Source: a bacterium (lineage in GTDB: Bacteria > Hydrothermota > UBA3073 > JACQXS01 > JAGMCI01). From it: a DNA stretch of 64,000 bases. How positions within the stretch are numbered: the first letter of the stretch is position 1; the number at the start of each line of letters is the position of its first letter. The translations under genes were made by a program, and so were the position numbers. Location: contig JASEGA010000006.1 in the NCBI GenBank assembly GCA_030018315.1, forward strand, positions 1,271 through 65,270. The letters run 5' to 3'. Of this stretch, positions 9,632-17,620 are shown piece after piece. The notes beneath the pieces were generated by a model that was not told the origin of the DNA, did not search any database, and saw only the letters and a list, made by a program, of their open reading frames with translations.

Positions 9632-10870
9632 ATGAAAAGAGTATTTATAGGGATAATTTGTTATTTTATAACAAATGGATACGCTTTTACACAGGGTATG
9701 GATTGGGTATGTGCGACAGACAGTGCACCATGGCATGGAAGAGCATTCCATTCATCAGTTGTATTTGATAACAAGATGTGGATTATAGGCGGTGGGTGTG
9801 AAGAGGGTGGGATGGTATTAAATGATGTCTGGTATTCTTCTAATGGAGTCAAATGGGTATGTGCTACAGAGAATGCTGAATGGCTGCCAAGATGGGGACA
9901 TACATCAGTTGCATTTGATAATAAGATTTGGGTTATTGGAGGACTTGATGCTAATTTTGAGTTTAAAAATGATGTCTGGTATTCTTCTGATGGAACTAAA
10001 TGGGTATGTGCTACAGAGAATGCGGAATGGTCGCCAAGGATTGCACATACATCAGTTGTATTTGACGACAAGATTTGGGTTATTGGTGGATTTGGCTTTC
10101 CTTTTGAGTTTAAAAATGATGTCTGGTATTCTGCTACCGGAGATAGTTGGACACTTGCTACAGATAGTGCTGAATGGAATCCAAGAGCTGCACATTCATC
10201 AGTTATATTTGATGACAAAATTTGGGTTATTGGTGGATTTGACACCACTTTTATGGTTACAAACGATGTCTGGCATTCTACTAATGGAATTAAATGGGTA
10301 TGCGCAACAAATGACGCAGAATGGAGTGCAAGATATAGTCACTCATCAATCGTATGTGAGGATAAGATTTGGGTTATTGGGGGAATAGATGACTACGAGT
10401 ATATGAACGATGTTTGGTACTCAGATAATGGAAGCAATTGGTTATGTGCAACAGAAAGTGCACAGTGGTCACCAAGATATGCACATACATCATTAGTATT
10501 TGATAACAAAATGTGGGTCATTGGAGGTGAAGAAATAATAGGAGACAGTGTGAGTTATCCAACTGATGTATGGTATTCAGTTATTGCAGGAATTACAGAA
10601 AATAATGTCCAATCAGATAGACTCTATCTTAATGTTACACCAGTTATTGCAAGAGACTATGTAAAAATAAGATACAAAAATAACGGGGATGTAAAAATAT
10701 TTAATATATTAGGGAATACGGTAAGGAACTTTAAAACCGTAGACGACAGAGATGAAATAATTGTAGAATTAAAAGATAACAATGACAAAAGATTACCTCA
10801 AGGTGTATATTTTATTCAACTTAAAACCAAAGCTACCAGTGCAACTGCTAAATTCATAATCATGCAGTAG
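9632..10870 (+). CDS. Kelch/galactose-oxidase-type beta-propeller repeat protein with a T9SS C-terminal sorting domain
   Basis: Six or more repeats of NDVWYSS.G.KWVCATENAEW.PR..HTSVVFD.KIWVIGG. The C-terminal ~90 aa match the T9SS CTD pattern (LYLNVTPV...FIQLKT). Confidence 0.75.
   Translation: MKRVFIGIICYFITNGYAFTQGMDWVCATDSAPWHGRAFHSSVVFDNKMWIIGGGCEEGGMVLNDVWYSSNGVKWVCATENAEWLPRWGHTSVAFDNKIWVIGGLDANFEFKNDVWYSSDGTKWVCATENAEWSPRIAHTSVVFDDKIWVIGGFGFPFEFKNDVWYSATGDSWTLATDSAEWNPRAAHSSVIFDDKIWVIGGFDTTFMVTNDVWHSTNGIKWVCATNDAEWSARYSHSSIVCEDKIWVIGGIDDYEYMNDVWYSDNGSNWLCATESAQWSPRYAHTSLVFDNKMWVIGGEEIIGDSVSYPTDVWYSVIAGITENNVQSDRLYLNVTPVIARDYVKIRYKNNGDVKIFNILGNTVRNFKTVDDRDEIIVELKDNNDKRLPQGVYFIQLKTKATSATAKFIIMQ
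9700..10560 (+). repeat. intragenic tandem repeats of ~141 bp (Kelch blades)
   Basis: Near-identical nucleotide units repeat through the gene. They generate the spurious antisense/alternate-frame ORFs 9661-10248 and 9822-10388. Confidence 0.6.
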
Positions 10871-10975
10871 CGTAAGATATTGATAGCTCAATAAACTTAA
10901 CAACTCCCATTTATCAATTAAACTTTTTATTTAACTTTTTGTAATTTGGATTTTGTAATTTGGCATTTATCCGCC

Positions 10976-11563
10976 TTAGGCGGATTTACCGTATCTATCT
11001 TTATACACAAATGTAGATAGTTCCTTCCTCAGCGGTGGCTCCGGATATTCAGCCGGATAGCCGACTGGCATAAGCTCAACTACAGCAATACCATCTGGGA
11101 CACCAAGTATTTTAGCTGCCTCTTTTGCATCAAATGCACCTACATGGACTGTACCAAGTCCATATGAATATGCGGCAAGTGTCAGATTTTGCAGTGCTAA
11201 TGCGACATCAAACATAAACCAGTCCCCTTTATCTGTCCTCGGCTCACCTTTATAGAAGCCAGCCTTCTTAAGCTCGGCACAAGCTACAAGAACAACAGGT
11301 GCCTCAACAATACCGGGACGGGCAGGATTACGCTCAGATAAAGTAGTAACAAGCCTCTCCTTTACTGATTTATCTCTTACTACAATAAACTCCCAGCACT
11401 GAGTATTTGCCCATGAAGGTGCCCAACGAGCAGCTTCAAGTAACTCATTTAGTAAATTATCAGCAATATCATCAGGCTTATACTTCCTTATACTACGCCG
11501 CTTCTTAATTGCTTGCATTACATCTCCACAGGTCATACGACCCGTATGGAATCCTTCGGACAT
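10976..11563 (-). CDS. nitroreductase family protein; the N-terminal 14 codons derive from an inserted mini-element
   Basis: MSEGFHTGRMTCGDV then MQAIKKRRSIRKY, a paralog of 687-1244. The true start may be the internal ATG (MQAIKK), which has a GGAG RBS inside the element. Confidence 0.85.
   Translation of the reverse strand: MSEGFHTGRMTCGDVMQAIKKRRSIRKYKPDDIADNLLNELLEAARWAPSWANTQCWEFIVVRDKSVKERLVTTLSERNPARPGIVEAPVVLVACAELKKAGFYKGEPRTDKGDWFMFDVALALQNLTLAAYSYGLGTVHVGAFDAKEAAKILGVPDGIAVVELMPVGYPAEYPEPPLRKELSTFVYKDRYGKSA
11524..11560. repeat. family-A miniature palindromic element, long form (ctccacaggTCATACGACCCGTATGGaatccttcgga)
   Basis: Near-identical to 14253-14288. It contains the palindrome AGGATCC(T) split by a nested hairpin CATACG-ACC-CGTATG. 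Confidence 0.8.
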
Positions 11564-11575
11564 AATCCCTCCTTA

Positions 11576-11607
11576 AACTTTTAGACTTTTAGACTATTAG
11601 ACTTTTA
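11576..11607 (-). promoter_or_regulatory. TTTTAGACT motif site F2, upstream of nitroreductase 10976-11563
   Basis: aacttttagacttttagactattagacttttaa. Confidence 0.5.
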
Positions 11608-11609
11608 AT

Positions 11610-12017
11610 TTACTTCTCACATAGCTCAATAAGTACACCATGAACAGCACTCGGGTGCAAGAATGCCACCTTCTTAGTAAATGCACCCTTACTTGGTACT
11701 TCGTCTATTAATTTAATACCCTTAGATTTAAGCTCAGTTAATACTTTTTCAATATCTTTGACTTCAAAGCATAAATGATGTAACCCCTCCCCTTTCTTTT
11801 CTAAAAACTTCGCTATTGGACTATCCTCTCCTATAGGTTCAATAAGTTCAATCTTAACGCTACCTGCATCTCCACAGGATCCTTCGGAAAGCACAGCAAC
11901 CTTAACCTTCCGATAATCTACTTTAGCAAACTTCTCAACTTTAAGTCCAAAAGAAGCCCAAATCTTAATCCTATCCTCAATACTCCTCACCGCTATCCCA
12001 ATATGGTCAAGTTTCAT
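11610..12017 (-). CDS. methylmalonyl-CoA epimerase / VOC (glyoxalase-fold) protein
   Basis: 135 aa; MKLDHIGIAV...HHLCFEV...HGVLIELCE. It carries the short family-A insert (LSEGSCGDAG). Confidence 0.7.
   Translation of the reverse strand: MKLDHIGIAVRSIEDRIKIWASFGLKVEKFAKVDYRKVKVAVLSEGSCGDAGSVKIELIEPIGEDSPIAKFLEKKGEGLHHLCFEVKDIEKVLTELKSKGIKLIDEVPSKGAFTKKVAFLHPSAVHGVLIELCEK
11869..11889. repeat. family-A element, short form (ctccacaggatccttcggaa), in frame inside the epimerase CDS
   Basis: Same sequence as the arms of the long form but without the nested hairpin. Confidence 0.75.
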
Positions 12018-12029
12018 CTTTCACCTATC

Positions 12030-12086
12030 GTAGGGGTTTGATTTATCAAACCCAAACTTATTGGGCACGATAAATCGTACCCCTAC
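12030..12086. repeat. large imperfect inverted repeat (GTAGGGGTTTGATTTATC ... GATAAATCGTACCCCTAC)
   Basis: Arms of 18 nt with 2 mismatches. The core resembles the GGGGTTTGATTAATCAAACCCC palindrome found in the T9SS CTD copies. Confidence 0.5.
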
Positions 12087-12126
12087 ATTTAAAAACAAAA
12101 TGCCATGAATGTGCGAACTCAATTAA

Positions 12127-13437
12127 CTATAGCAATTTTCTTTTCTTTGCTTCCTCTTCAAGCCATGGCCTAAACTTTGGGTGTGCTACTTTAATTAAGG
12201 ACTCAGCACGCTCTCTTAAGTTTTTGCCATGTAAGTATGCGACTCCATACTCTGTAACCACATAATGGACATCCGCCCTTGTTGTTACCACTCCTGCACC
12301 TAACTTAAGTGATGATACAATCCTTGATACTTCACCCCCTTTAGCTGTTGATTGTAATGCAATTATAGGCTTACCACCTTTGGATTGAGCCGCACCACGA
12401 ATAAAATCTACTTGACCACCAAACCCAGAATATATCTTAACCCCAATTGAGTCTGCACAGACCTGACCCGTCAAGTCTACTTCAATAGCAGAGTTTATTG
12501 CAACCATCCTTTCATTTTGTGATATTATAAACGGATGGTTTGTATAATTTGCGGGATGTAGTTCAAATACAGGATTATTATGTGCATATCCATATGCTCG
12601 TTTTGACCCCAATATAAAAGTAGCAATTACTTTGTAAGGGTGTAAAGTCTTCTTTGCACCAGTTATTATTCCAGCTTCAATAGCCTCTATTATACTGTCA
12701 GATACCATCTCAGTATGTATACCGAGGTCTCTTTTATCTTTCATTGCCTTAAGGGCAGCATTTGGGATACCACCTATACCAAGCTGAAGTGTGGAACCAT
12801 CCTCTACAAGGTCTGCTATATGAGCGCCTATACTCTTCTCTGTATCAGTTAACTCTTTTACAACTAATTCGGGTAACTCCTCTGAGACTTCCACAATTTT
12901 ATCCACCTGAGACACATGAATAAACGAATCACCAAGTGTCCTCGGCATCTTATCATTAACCTGTGCTACCACAAGATTAGCAGTCTCAGCCGCCGCCTTA
13001 GATGCTAAACACTCAACTCCAAAACTCATAAATCCATGCTCGTCAGGAGGTGAAAGATGCAAAAGGGCAACATCAGGTTTCATAGCACCTGAGTAAAACA
13101 GGTCCGGTATCTCGTATAAGAATACAGGAATATAGTCAGCACGCCCCTCATTTACTACTTTCCTATCTGCAGGTCCGACAAAAAGTGAGTTGTGTCTAAA
13201 GTGACCTTCCATATCAGGCTTTGAAAGCGGGTCTTCACCAAGCAAAAGGACATGGGTTATCTCAACATCATATAGCTTATCTTTACGCTCGGCGAGTGCA
13301 TCCAGCAACTTTAATGGAGTAGCTGCATTCCCACTTATGTACACACAGTCGCCACTCTTTATCACAGAGACTGCCTCTTCAACAGAGACAAGCTTCTTCT
13401 TGTAATCGTCAAACCAGCTTGAGGTCGCACCTCTCAT
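12127..13437 (-). CDS. acetyl-CoA hydrolase/transferase family CoA-transferase (4-hydroxybutyrate / succinyl-CoA:acetate CoA-transferase-like)
   Basis: 436 aa with conserved N- and C-terminal CoA-transferase family I-like blocks (GDCVYISGNAATP...; ...SGFGGQVDFIRGA). Confidence 0.85.
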   Translation of the reverse strand: MRGATSSWFDDYKKKLVSVEEAVSVIKSGDCVYISGNAATPLKLLDALAERKDKLYDVEITHVLLLGEDPLSKPDMEGHFRHNSLFVGPADRKVVNEGRADYIPVFLYEIPDLFYSGAMKPDVALLHLSPPDEHGFMSFGVECLASKAAAETANLVVAQVNDKMPRTLGDSFIHVSQVDKIVEVSEELPELVVKELTDTEKSIGAHIADLVEDGSTLQLGIGGIPNAALKAMKDKRDLGIHTEMVSDSIIEAIEAGIITGAKKTLHPYKVIATFILGSKRAYGYAHNNPVFELHPANYTNHPFIISQNERMVAINSAIEVDLTGQVCADSIGVKIYSGFGGQVDFIRGAAQSKGGKPIIALQSTAKGGEVSRIVSSLKLGAGVVTTRADVHYVVTEYGVAYLHGKNLRERAESLIKVAHPKFRPWLEEEAKKRKLL

Positions 13438-14555
13438 TTTATGTACTCCTTCTTTATACTTCCTTTATAAATATAAACCCCTCTATTAAGAGCCGAATCC
13501 TCTTTTAACGCTTTATCTATTCCAAACTTAACTATATTCTTAAGGTATGGAAGAATTGCCCCGGTTAGCGCATGAGTTGAAGTCCTCGCTACAAGTGTTG
13601 GCGTATTAGGCATACAGAAGTGGATTACACCTTCCACTGTATACACAAATTTGCCAGCCGGTGCAAGCTTAGCTGTCTCAACACACCCACCTTGGTCTAT
13701 GTCAAAATCTATAATTACCGCTCCTTTCTTCATAGATTTGACCATATCTTTAGACACAAGGATAGGTGTCCTTTCACCGACCACAAAGACTGCACCTATC
13801 AAAACATTGGCAAATTTGACAAGTTTCTCTATGTTATACTTGGTAGCAAAAAGTGTAGTCACCTTGTGTTCCATATGACAAGCAATATCTTCCAACTTGT
13901 CACGACTTATGTCCATCACATATACATTAGCACCAAGACCGGCAAGACTCTTAGCTGCATTACAACCTAATGTGCCACCACCAAATATGACAACCTCAGC
14001 CGGTGGGACACCGGGTATGCCACCAAGCAAGATGCCACGCCCACCACTTGAGGACTCAAGAAGCCTTCCCGCTATCTGCGGTGCAAGCTTACCTGCTATC
14101 TCACTCATCGGGATAAGGACTGGAAGCTTACCATCATCCTTCTGAATTATCTCATAACCAATAATTGTAGTCTTTTTATTAATAAGCACATCTATCAGTG
14201 CTTTTGGGGCAGCTACAAGATTAAAAAAGCCCATTATAACTTTACCTTCATCTCCACAGGTCATACGACCCGTATGGGATCCTTCGGAAATAATTTTATA
14301 CTCCAACTCTTGCGGCTCCCTCACTTTAACGATTATTTCAGCCCTCTTATAGACCTCGTCTTTAGAATACACAATCTTAGCACCTACAGTCTCATAATCA
14401 ACATCTGTAAACCCAACACCAGAACCAGCACCACTCTCAACATAAACAGTTGTGCCAAGCTCAATAAGCTCCCTCACGCCCATGGGAGAGAGTCCTACCC
14501 GATACTCTGGTATATCCTTAAATATAGGCAACTCCTTCGGTACCCCTATAATCAT
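13434..14555 (-). CDS. alanine dehydrogenase, carrying an in-frame 14-17-aa insertion from a family-A element
   Basis: MIIGVPKE...VKVREP ... PMSEIAG ... GGGTLGCNAAK (Rossmann) ... IDQGG. The extra SEGSHTGRMTCGDEGKV lies between conserved blocks, compared with Bacillus Ald. Confidence 0.85.
   Translation of the reverse strand: MIIGVPKELPIFKDIPEYRVGLSPMGVRELIELGTTVYVESGAGSGVGFTDVDYETVGAKIVYSKDEVYKRAEIIVKVREPQELEYKIISEGSHTGRMTCGDEGKVIMGFFNLVAAPKALIDVLINKKTTIIGYEIIQKDDGKLPVLIPMSEIAGKLAPQIAGRLLESSSGGRGILLGGIPGVPPAEVVIFGGGTLGCNAAKSLAGLGANVYVMDISRDKLEDIACHMEHKVTTLFATKYNIEKLVKFANVLIGAVFVVGERTPILVSKDMVKSMKKGAVIIDFDIDQGGCVETAKLAPAGKFVYTVEGVIHFCMPNTPTLVARTSTHALTGAILPYLKNIVKFGIDKALKEDSALNRGVYIYKGSIKKEYIK
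14253..14288. repeat. family-A element, long form, in frame inside alanine dehydrogenase
   Basis: ctccacaggtcatacgacccgtatgggatccttcgga, identical at all but 1-2 positions to 11524-11560. Confidence 0.8.
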
Positions 14556-14577
14556 TTAAACCTCCTCACCACTTTAT

Positions 14578-14608
14578 GACTTTTAGTCTATTACACTTTT
14601 AGATTTCC
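14578..14608 (-). promoter_or_regulatory. TTTTAGACT motif site F3, upstream of alanine dehydrogenase
   Basis: gacttttagtctattacacttttagatttcc. Confidence 0.5.
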
Positions 14609-14647
14609 TTATTAAAAATCAAACCTGACACCAAAGATTCTCATTAA

Positions 14648-17620
14648 TCATGCCATCGCTTCTAACATCTTTTCAATGTTATCAAACCAATATTGTTTAT
14701 ACTCAGTAAGAGCTTTCGAAACGTCCTCTGGTCTTAGGAGCAATTTTATTCTGACTTTGAATCCGTTGTGATTAAAAACCCTTTCTTCTCCGTTTTCCTC
14801 GAATAATGCTTTATACCCATCAATTTTCCTGTAAGCACTTGTATGTTCTGTCCCCTTTGGATCAACAAAAACAATAAAGTAGTTATCTCCTTTCTTTAAC
14901 CAGAAAATAAAATCTGGGTAAAATCTGCTGATTTTATTCACATTAGGATTATAATACGGAATATAAATTTCGTCTAAACTTTCATCCAATTTGCTAAACA
15001 ACCACCAATCGAACATTTTAAATTTGTTAGCATTTTTAACTAAATAATTTTCCAAATCATTAATGAACTTTACCTCGCTTGAAGTCTTGATAACGTGCTT
15101 GATGTAATCTATCTTTTCGTCATCAGACAGTATAAGTGGAAGGTAGTAATGATTAGCAATGTACTTAATTCTCAGTTGTTTACTTTGATACTCTACTCTT
15201 TCCTCTCTGACCATCCGAGCAGATTCCTTGATACCTTCCGTGTATTGTTCTAAAGTAATTTCCCTACGCCCGTATTTCTCCTTCAACTCTCTTTCCAATA
15301 CAGAGGGGTCTTTGAATTGGCGGATAGCTTCAATTTTCTTTTGTATTTCGTTGATATCTTTCAAATACACCCTGATATTCTTAAAATGTTTTATCTCTTT
15401 CTCTAATTCTTTAAGCCCTTCAAATTCCTCTGGAACGACACTGAGGTAATCAAAAAATCTTTGAATAAGCAAATCTACATTTTTAAAACCTTTTTCACCA
15501 AACTTAAAATTGCTTTGATTATTCAATCTCCTTCTTAAAAGTTCTATTTTTATGGGTTCTGTGTTATATCTCATCAAGAATACTCTGTCATCTGGGACAA
15601 ACTCATTAAATTTATTAAGTACCTCAAAATCCTTAGTGGAAATCTCAAACTTTATTGGTTCTTCGGTCTTCAAAAGAGGATAATTTGCTGATTTGTATGT
15701 TGGCACCAGCAATTTATGTTTTCGAGCCTCATCATTCACAAAGAGAGAAAGTTGAGCCTCCCCCTCTCTTTTTCTTTCTCTCTCCAACTCCTGAACTACT
15801 TTAGCTAAAGCACTCCTGTTTGTTGCAAAAATAAATAGAGTTTCTATTGGTAAGACTTTATTTTTGATTTTGTTGAATAACTCCTCCCCATCTATCTCCT
15901 TTGCATTGTAAACTTGTAATAACCTCTTTCTTTTGTCCCTTATTGGTTCAATTCTTACTCCTCTCCCAACAGATTGTAAAATAAATTTTTTTGCATCCTC
16001 TCCCATTCCTATATTGATAAAATTGATTACATTGGGTCTATTAGAATCCCACCCTTCATAAAAACCACGAGAGCCCATCAAGATATTGATCTCAGAATTT
16101 TCTCTATTCAAATTTTCAAAATAACTTTCATCTTCAAATCTTTCTTGAACTTCGTATCCTGCAAGTTTTTCTTTTAGCCATCCTGATATATCACCTATTT
16201 TTATCAATGCAAAATGTTTATCGCTTGTCTTTAACTTAAACGCCAGCTCCTTCTTATTGGATGGTCTTCTTAAGATTTCAATTTCTCCACCTGATTTTGA
16301 GTTGTAAACATAGTTCAAAATATCTTCTTTTGTAATGTTTTTAAAAATTGTTTCGTCTATTTTTATTTTCCTGCCATCTTCAAATATAAACTCAGGCTCT
16401 TGCTTTAACTCATCCCATAGTTCGTTAAGAGCATTCTTAAAAACTTCTTGTTCAATCTCTTGTTTTCCAATTTTTTCAAGTTCTCTAAAAAACAGCTTTA
16501 GGTCAGCATCTTCCTTATTAACAGAGTTGACAAGGGTCAAAAGCAATGGCTTATGATATAAATCTGATCGGATATTCTTAATATCTTCATAAAATTTTTT
16601 CACATAAGTCAGAAGGATTAATGATTTTAAGACTATCTTCTGCTTCTCATCACCGCTATAATCTTCCTCATTTCTAAATGCCCTTATTTCTTGCTTTAAA
16701 ATAGTAATGTGCTTTCCGTATCCAGAATTTATAAAACTTGATAGGTTAAATTCAAAAGCACATGTGATAACATCTCTTGGGTCTATAAAGGTTGCTGAGG
16801 AATTAAATAGAAACCCCTGTCTTGATAGGATGGAATAAATATGCTGTCTTTTTGACTCTTCCTTATCTCCTTTATGTGCCTCATCGAGAAAAATATACCA
16901 TTTCCCATCGTTGTCGTAATTTTTGAAGTCTATAATTTTTTCTTTCTGCTCATCACTTAAGTTATCTGAGCGGTAATAAAATACGGTAATCCCGAATAAT
17001 GTTGGTTGTCTTTTAACCTCAGGATAATCTTTGAGCTCTTTTAGAATTATTCTGGGTTCGTTTACATAGTTGAATTCATCTACATGGTGTTTAAGTTGCC
17101 CTATTAAGTCGTCCCTGTGAGTTAAAATTAGAATATCGTATAGTGGAATTTCTTTTCTTTTAATTAACTCTGCTAAAATTTGGATAAGTTTAATGATAAC
17201 AAGGCTCTTTCCACTTCCTGTTGCCATCCAAAAACACATCCGATTGATAAGATGCTCATAAGGGATTTTCCCATCTTCTCGAGGATAATATCCTGTAAGA
17301 AGGTTATAGATGTTCCTTTTCCTCTTATCTAACTTAATATCTAAATTTTCATCTAATCCATTATCTTTATACCAGTTGAAAAACTTTTGTTTTCTTTCTT
17401 GATAGATTTCTAATCTTTCACCGTCTTGATAATCTACAAAATCTTCAAAATACTTCCAGATAACCTTTACAGCATTTTTAACTGCCTCTTGCTGATAATC
17501 CCAGAGTTTCTTGTTCTTGGAAAAACTCTCCAAATCAAAAGAATTCCAGTTAGCAGGTAAATCTTCAAATCTTAAATCTTCAATTATGTCCTGTAAGAAT
17601 ATTCTTACCATTTTTACCAC
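14648..17620 (-). CDS. Type III restriction enzyme Res subunit (SF2 helicase plus C-terminal PD-(D/E)xK nuclease)
   Basis: 990 aa with Walker A MATGSGKS, DEAH box FLDEAHKGD, a helicase C-domain, and a C-terminal VFVDPKG motif. The start overlaps the Mod stop. Confidence 0.8.
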   Translation of the reverse strand: MVKMVRIFLQDIIEDLRFEDLPANWNSFDLESFSKNKKLWDYQQEAVKNAVKVIWKYFEDFVDYQDGERLEIYQERKQKFFNWYKDNGLDENLDIKLDKRKRNIYNLLTGYYPREDGKIPYEHLINRMCFWMATGSGKSLVIIKLIQILAELIKRKEIPLYDILILTHRDDLIGQLKHHVDEFNYVNEPRIILKELKDYPEVKRQPTLFGITVFYYRSDNLSDEQKEKIIDFKNYDNDGKWYIFLDEAHKGDKEESKRQHIYSILSRQGFLFNSSATFIDPRDVITCAFEFNLSSFINSGYGKHITILKQEIRAFRNEEDYSGDEKQKIVLKSLILLTYVKKFYEDIKNIRSDLYHKPLLLTLVNSVNKEDADLKLFFRELEKIGKQEIEQEVFKNALNELWDELKQEPEFIFEDGRKIKIDETIFKNITKEDILNYVYNSKSGGEIEILRRPSNKKELAFKLKTSDKHFALIKIGDISGWLKEKLAGYEVQERFEDESYFENLNRENSEINILMGSRGFYEGWDSNRPNVINFINIGMGEDAKKFILQSVGRGVRIEPIRDKRKRLLQVYNAKEIDGEELFNKIKNKVLPIETLFIFATNRSALAKVVQELERERKREGEAQLSLFVNDEARKHKLLVPTYKSANYPLLKTEEPIKFEISTKDFEVLNKFNEFVPDDRVFLMRYNTEPIKIELLRRRLNNQSNFKFGEKGFKNVDLLIQRFFDYLSVVPEEFEGLKELEKEIKHFKNIRVYLKDINEIQKKIEAIRQFKDPSVLERELKEKYGRREITLEQYTEGIKESARMVREERVEYQSKQLRIKYIANHYYLPLILSDDEKIDYIKHVIKTSSEVKFINDLENYLVKNANKFKMFDWWLFSKLDESLDEIYIPYYNPNVNKISRFYPDFIFWLKKGDNYFIVFVDPKGTEHTSAYRKIDGYKALFEENGEERVFNHNGFKVRIKLLLRPEDVSKALTEYKQYWFDNIEKMLEAMA

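Noticed and set aside
9661-10388. Long antisense/alternate-frame ORFs (9661-10248 minus, 9822-10388 plus) inside the Kelch-repeat gene
   Set aside because: They are generated by the ~141-bp tandem repeats. Their translations are low-complexity mirror images of the repeat, and the + frame 9632-10870 has a clear Kelch/T9SS architecture.
11524-14288. Interpretation of the in-frame SEGSHTGRMTCGD insertions as mini-inteins or conserved metal-binding loops
   Set aside because: They are far too short for inteins. The DNA is palindromic and near-identical between unrelated genes, which indicates a mobile DNA element rather than a convergent protein motif.
13620-14579. Several 70-116-aa ORFs on the + strand within 13620-14579
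   Set aside because: Shadow ORFs antisense to alanine dehydrogenase; no motifs, and the minus-strand gene is well supported.
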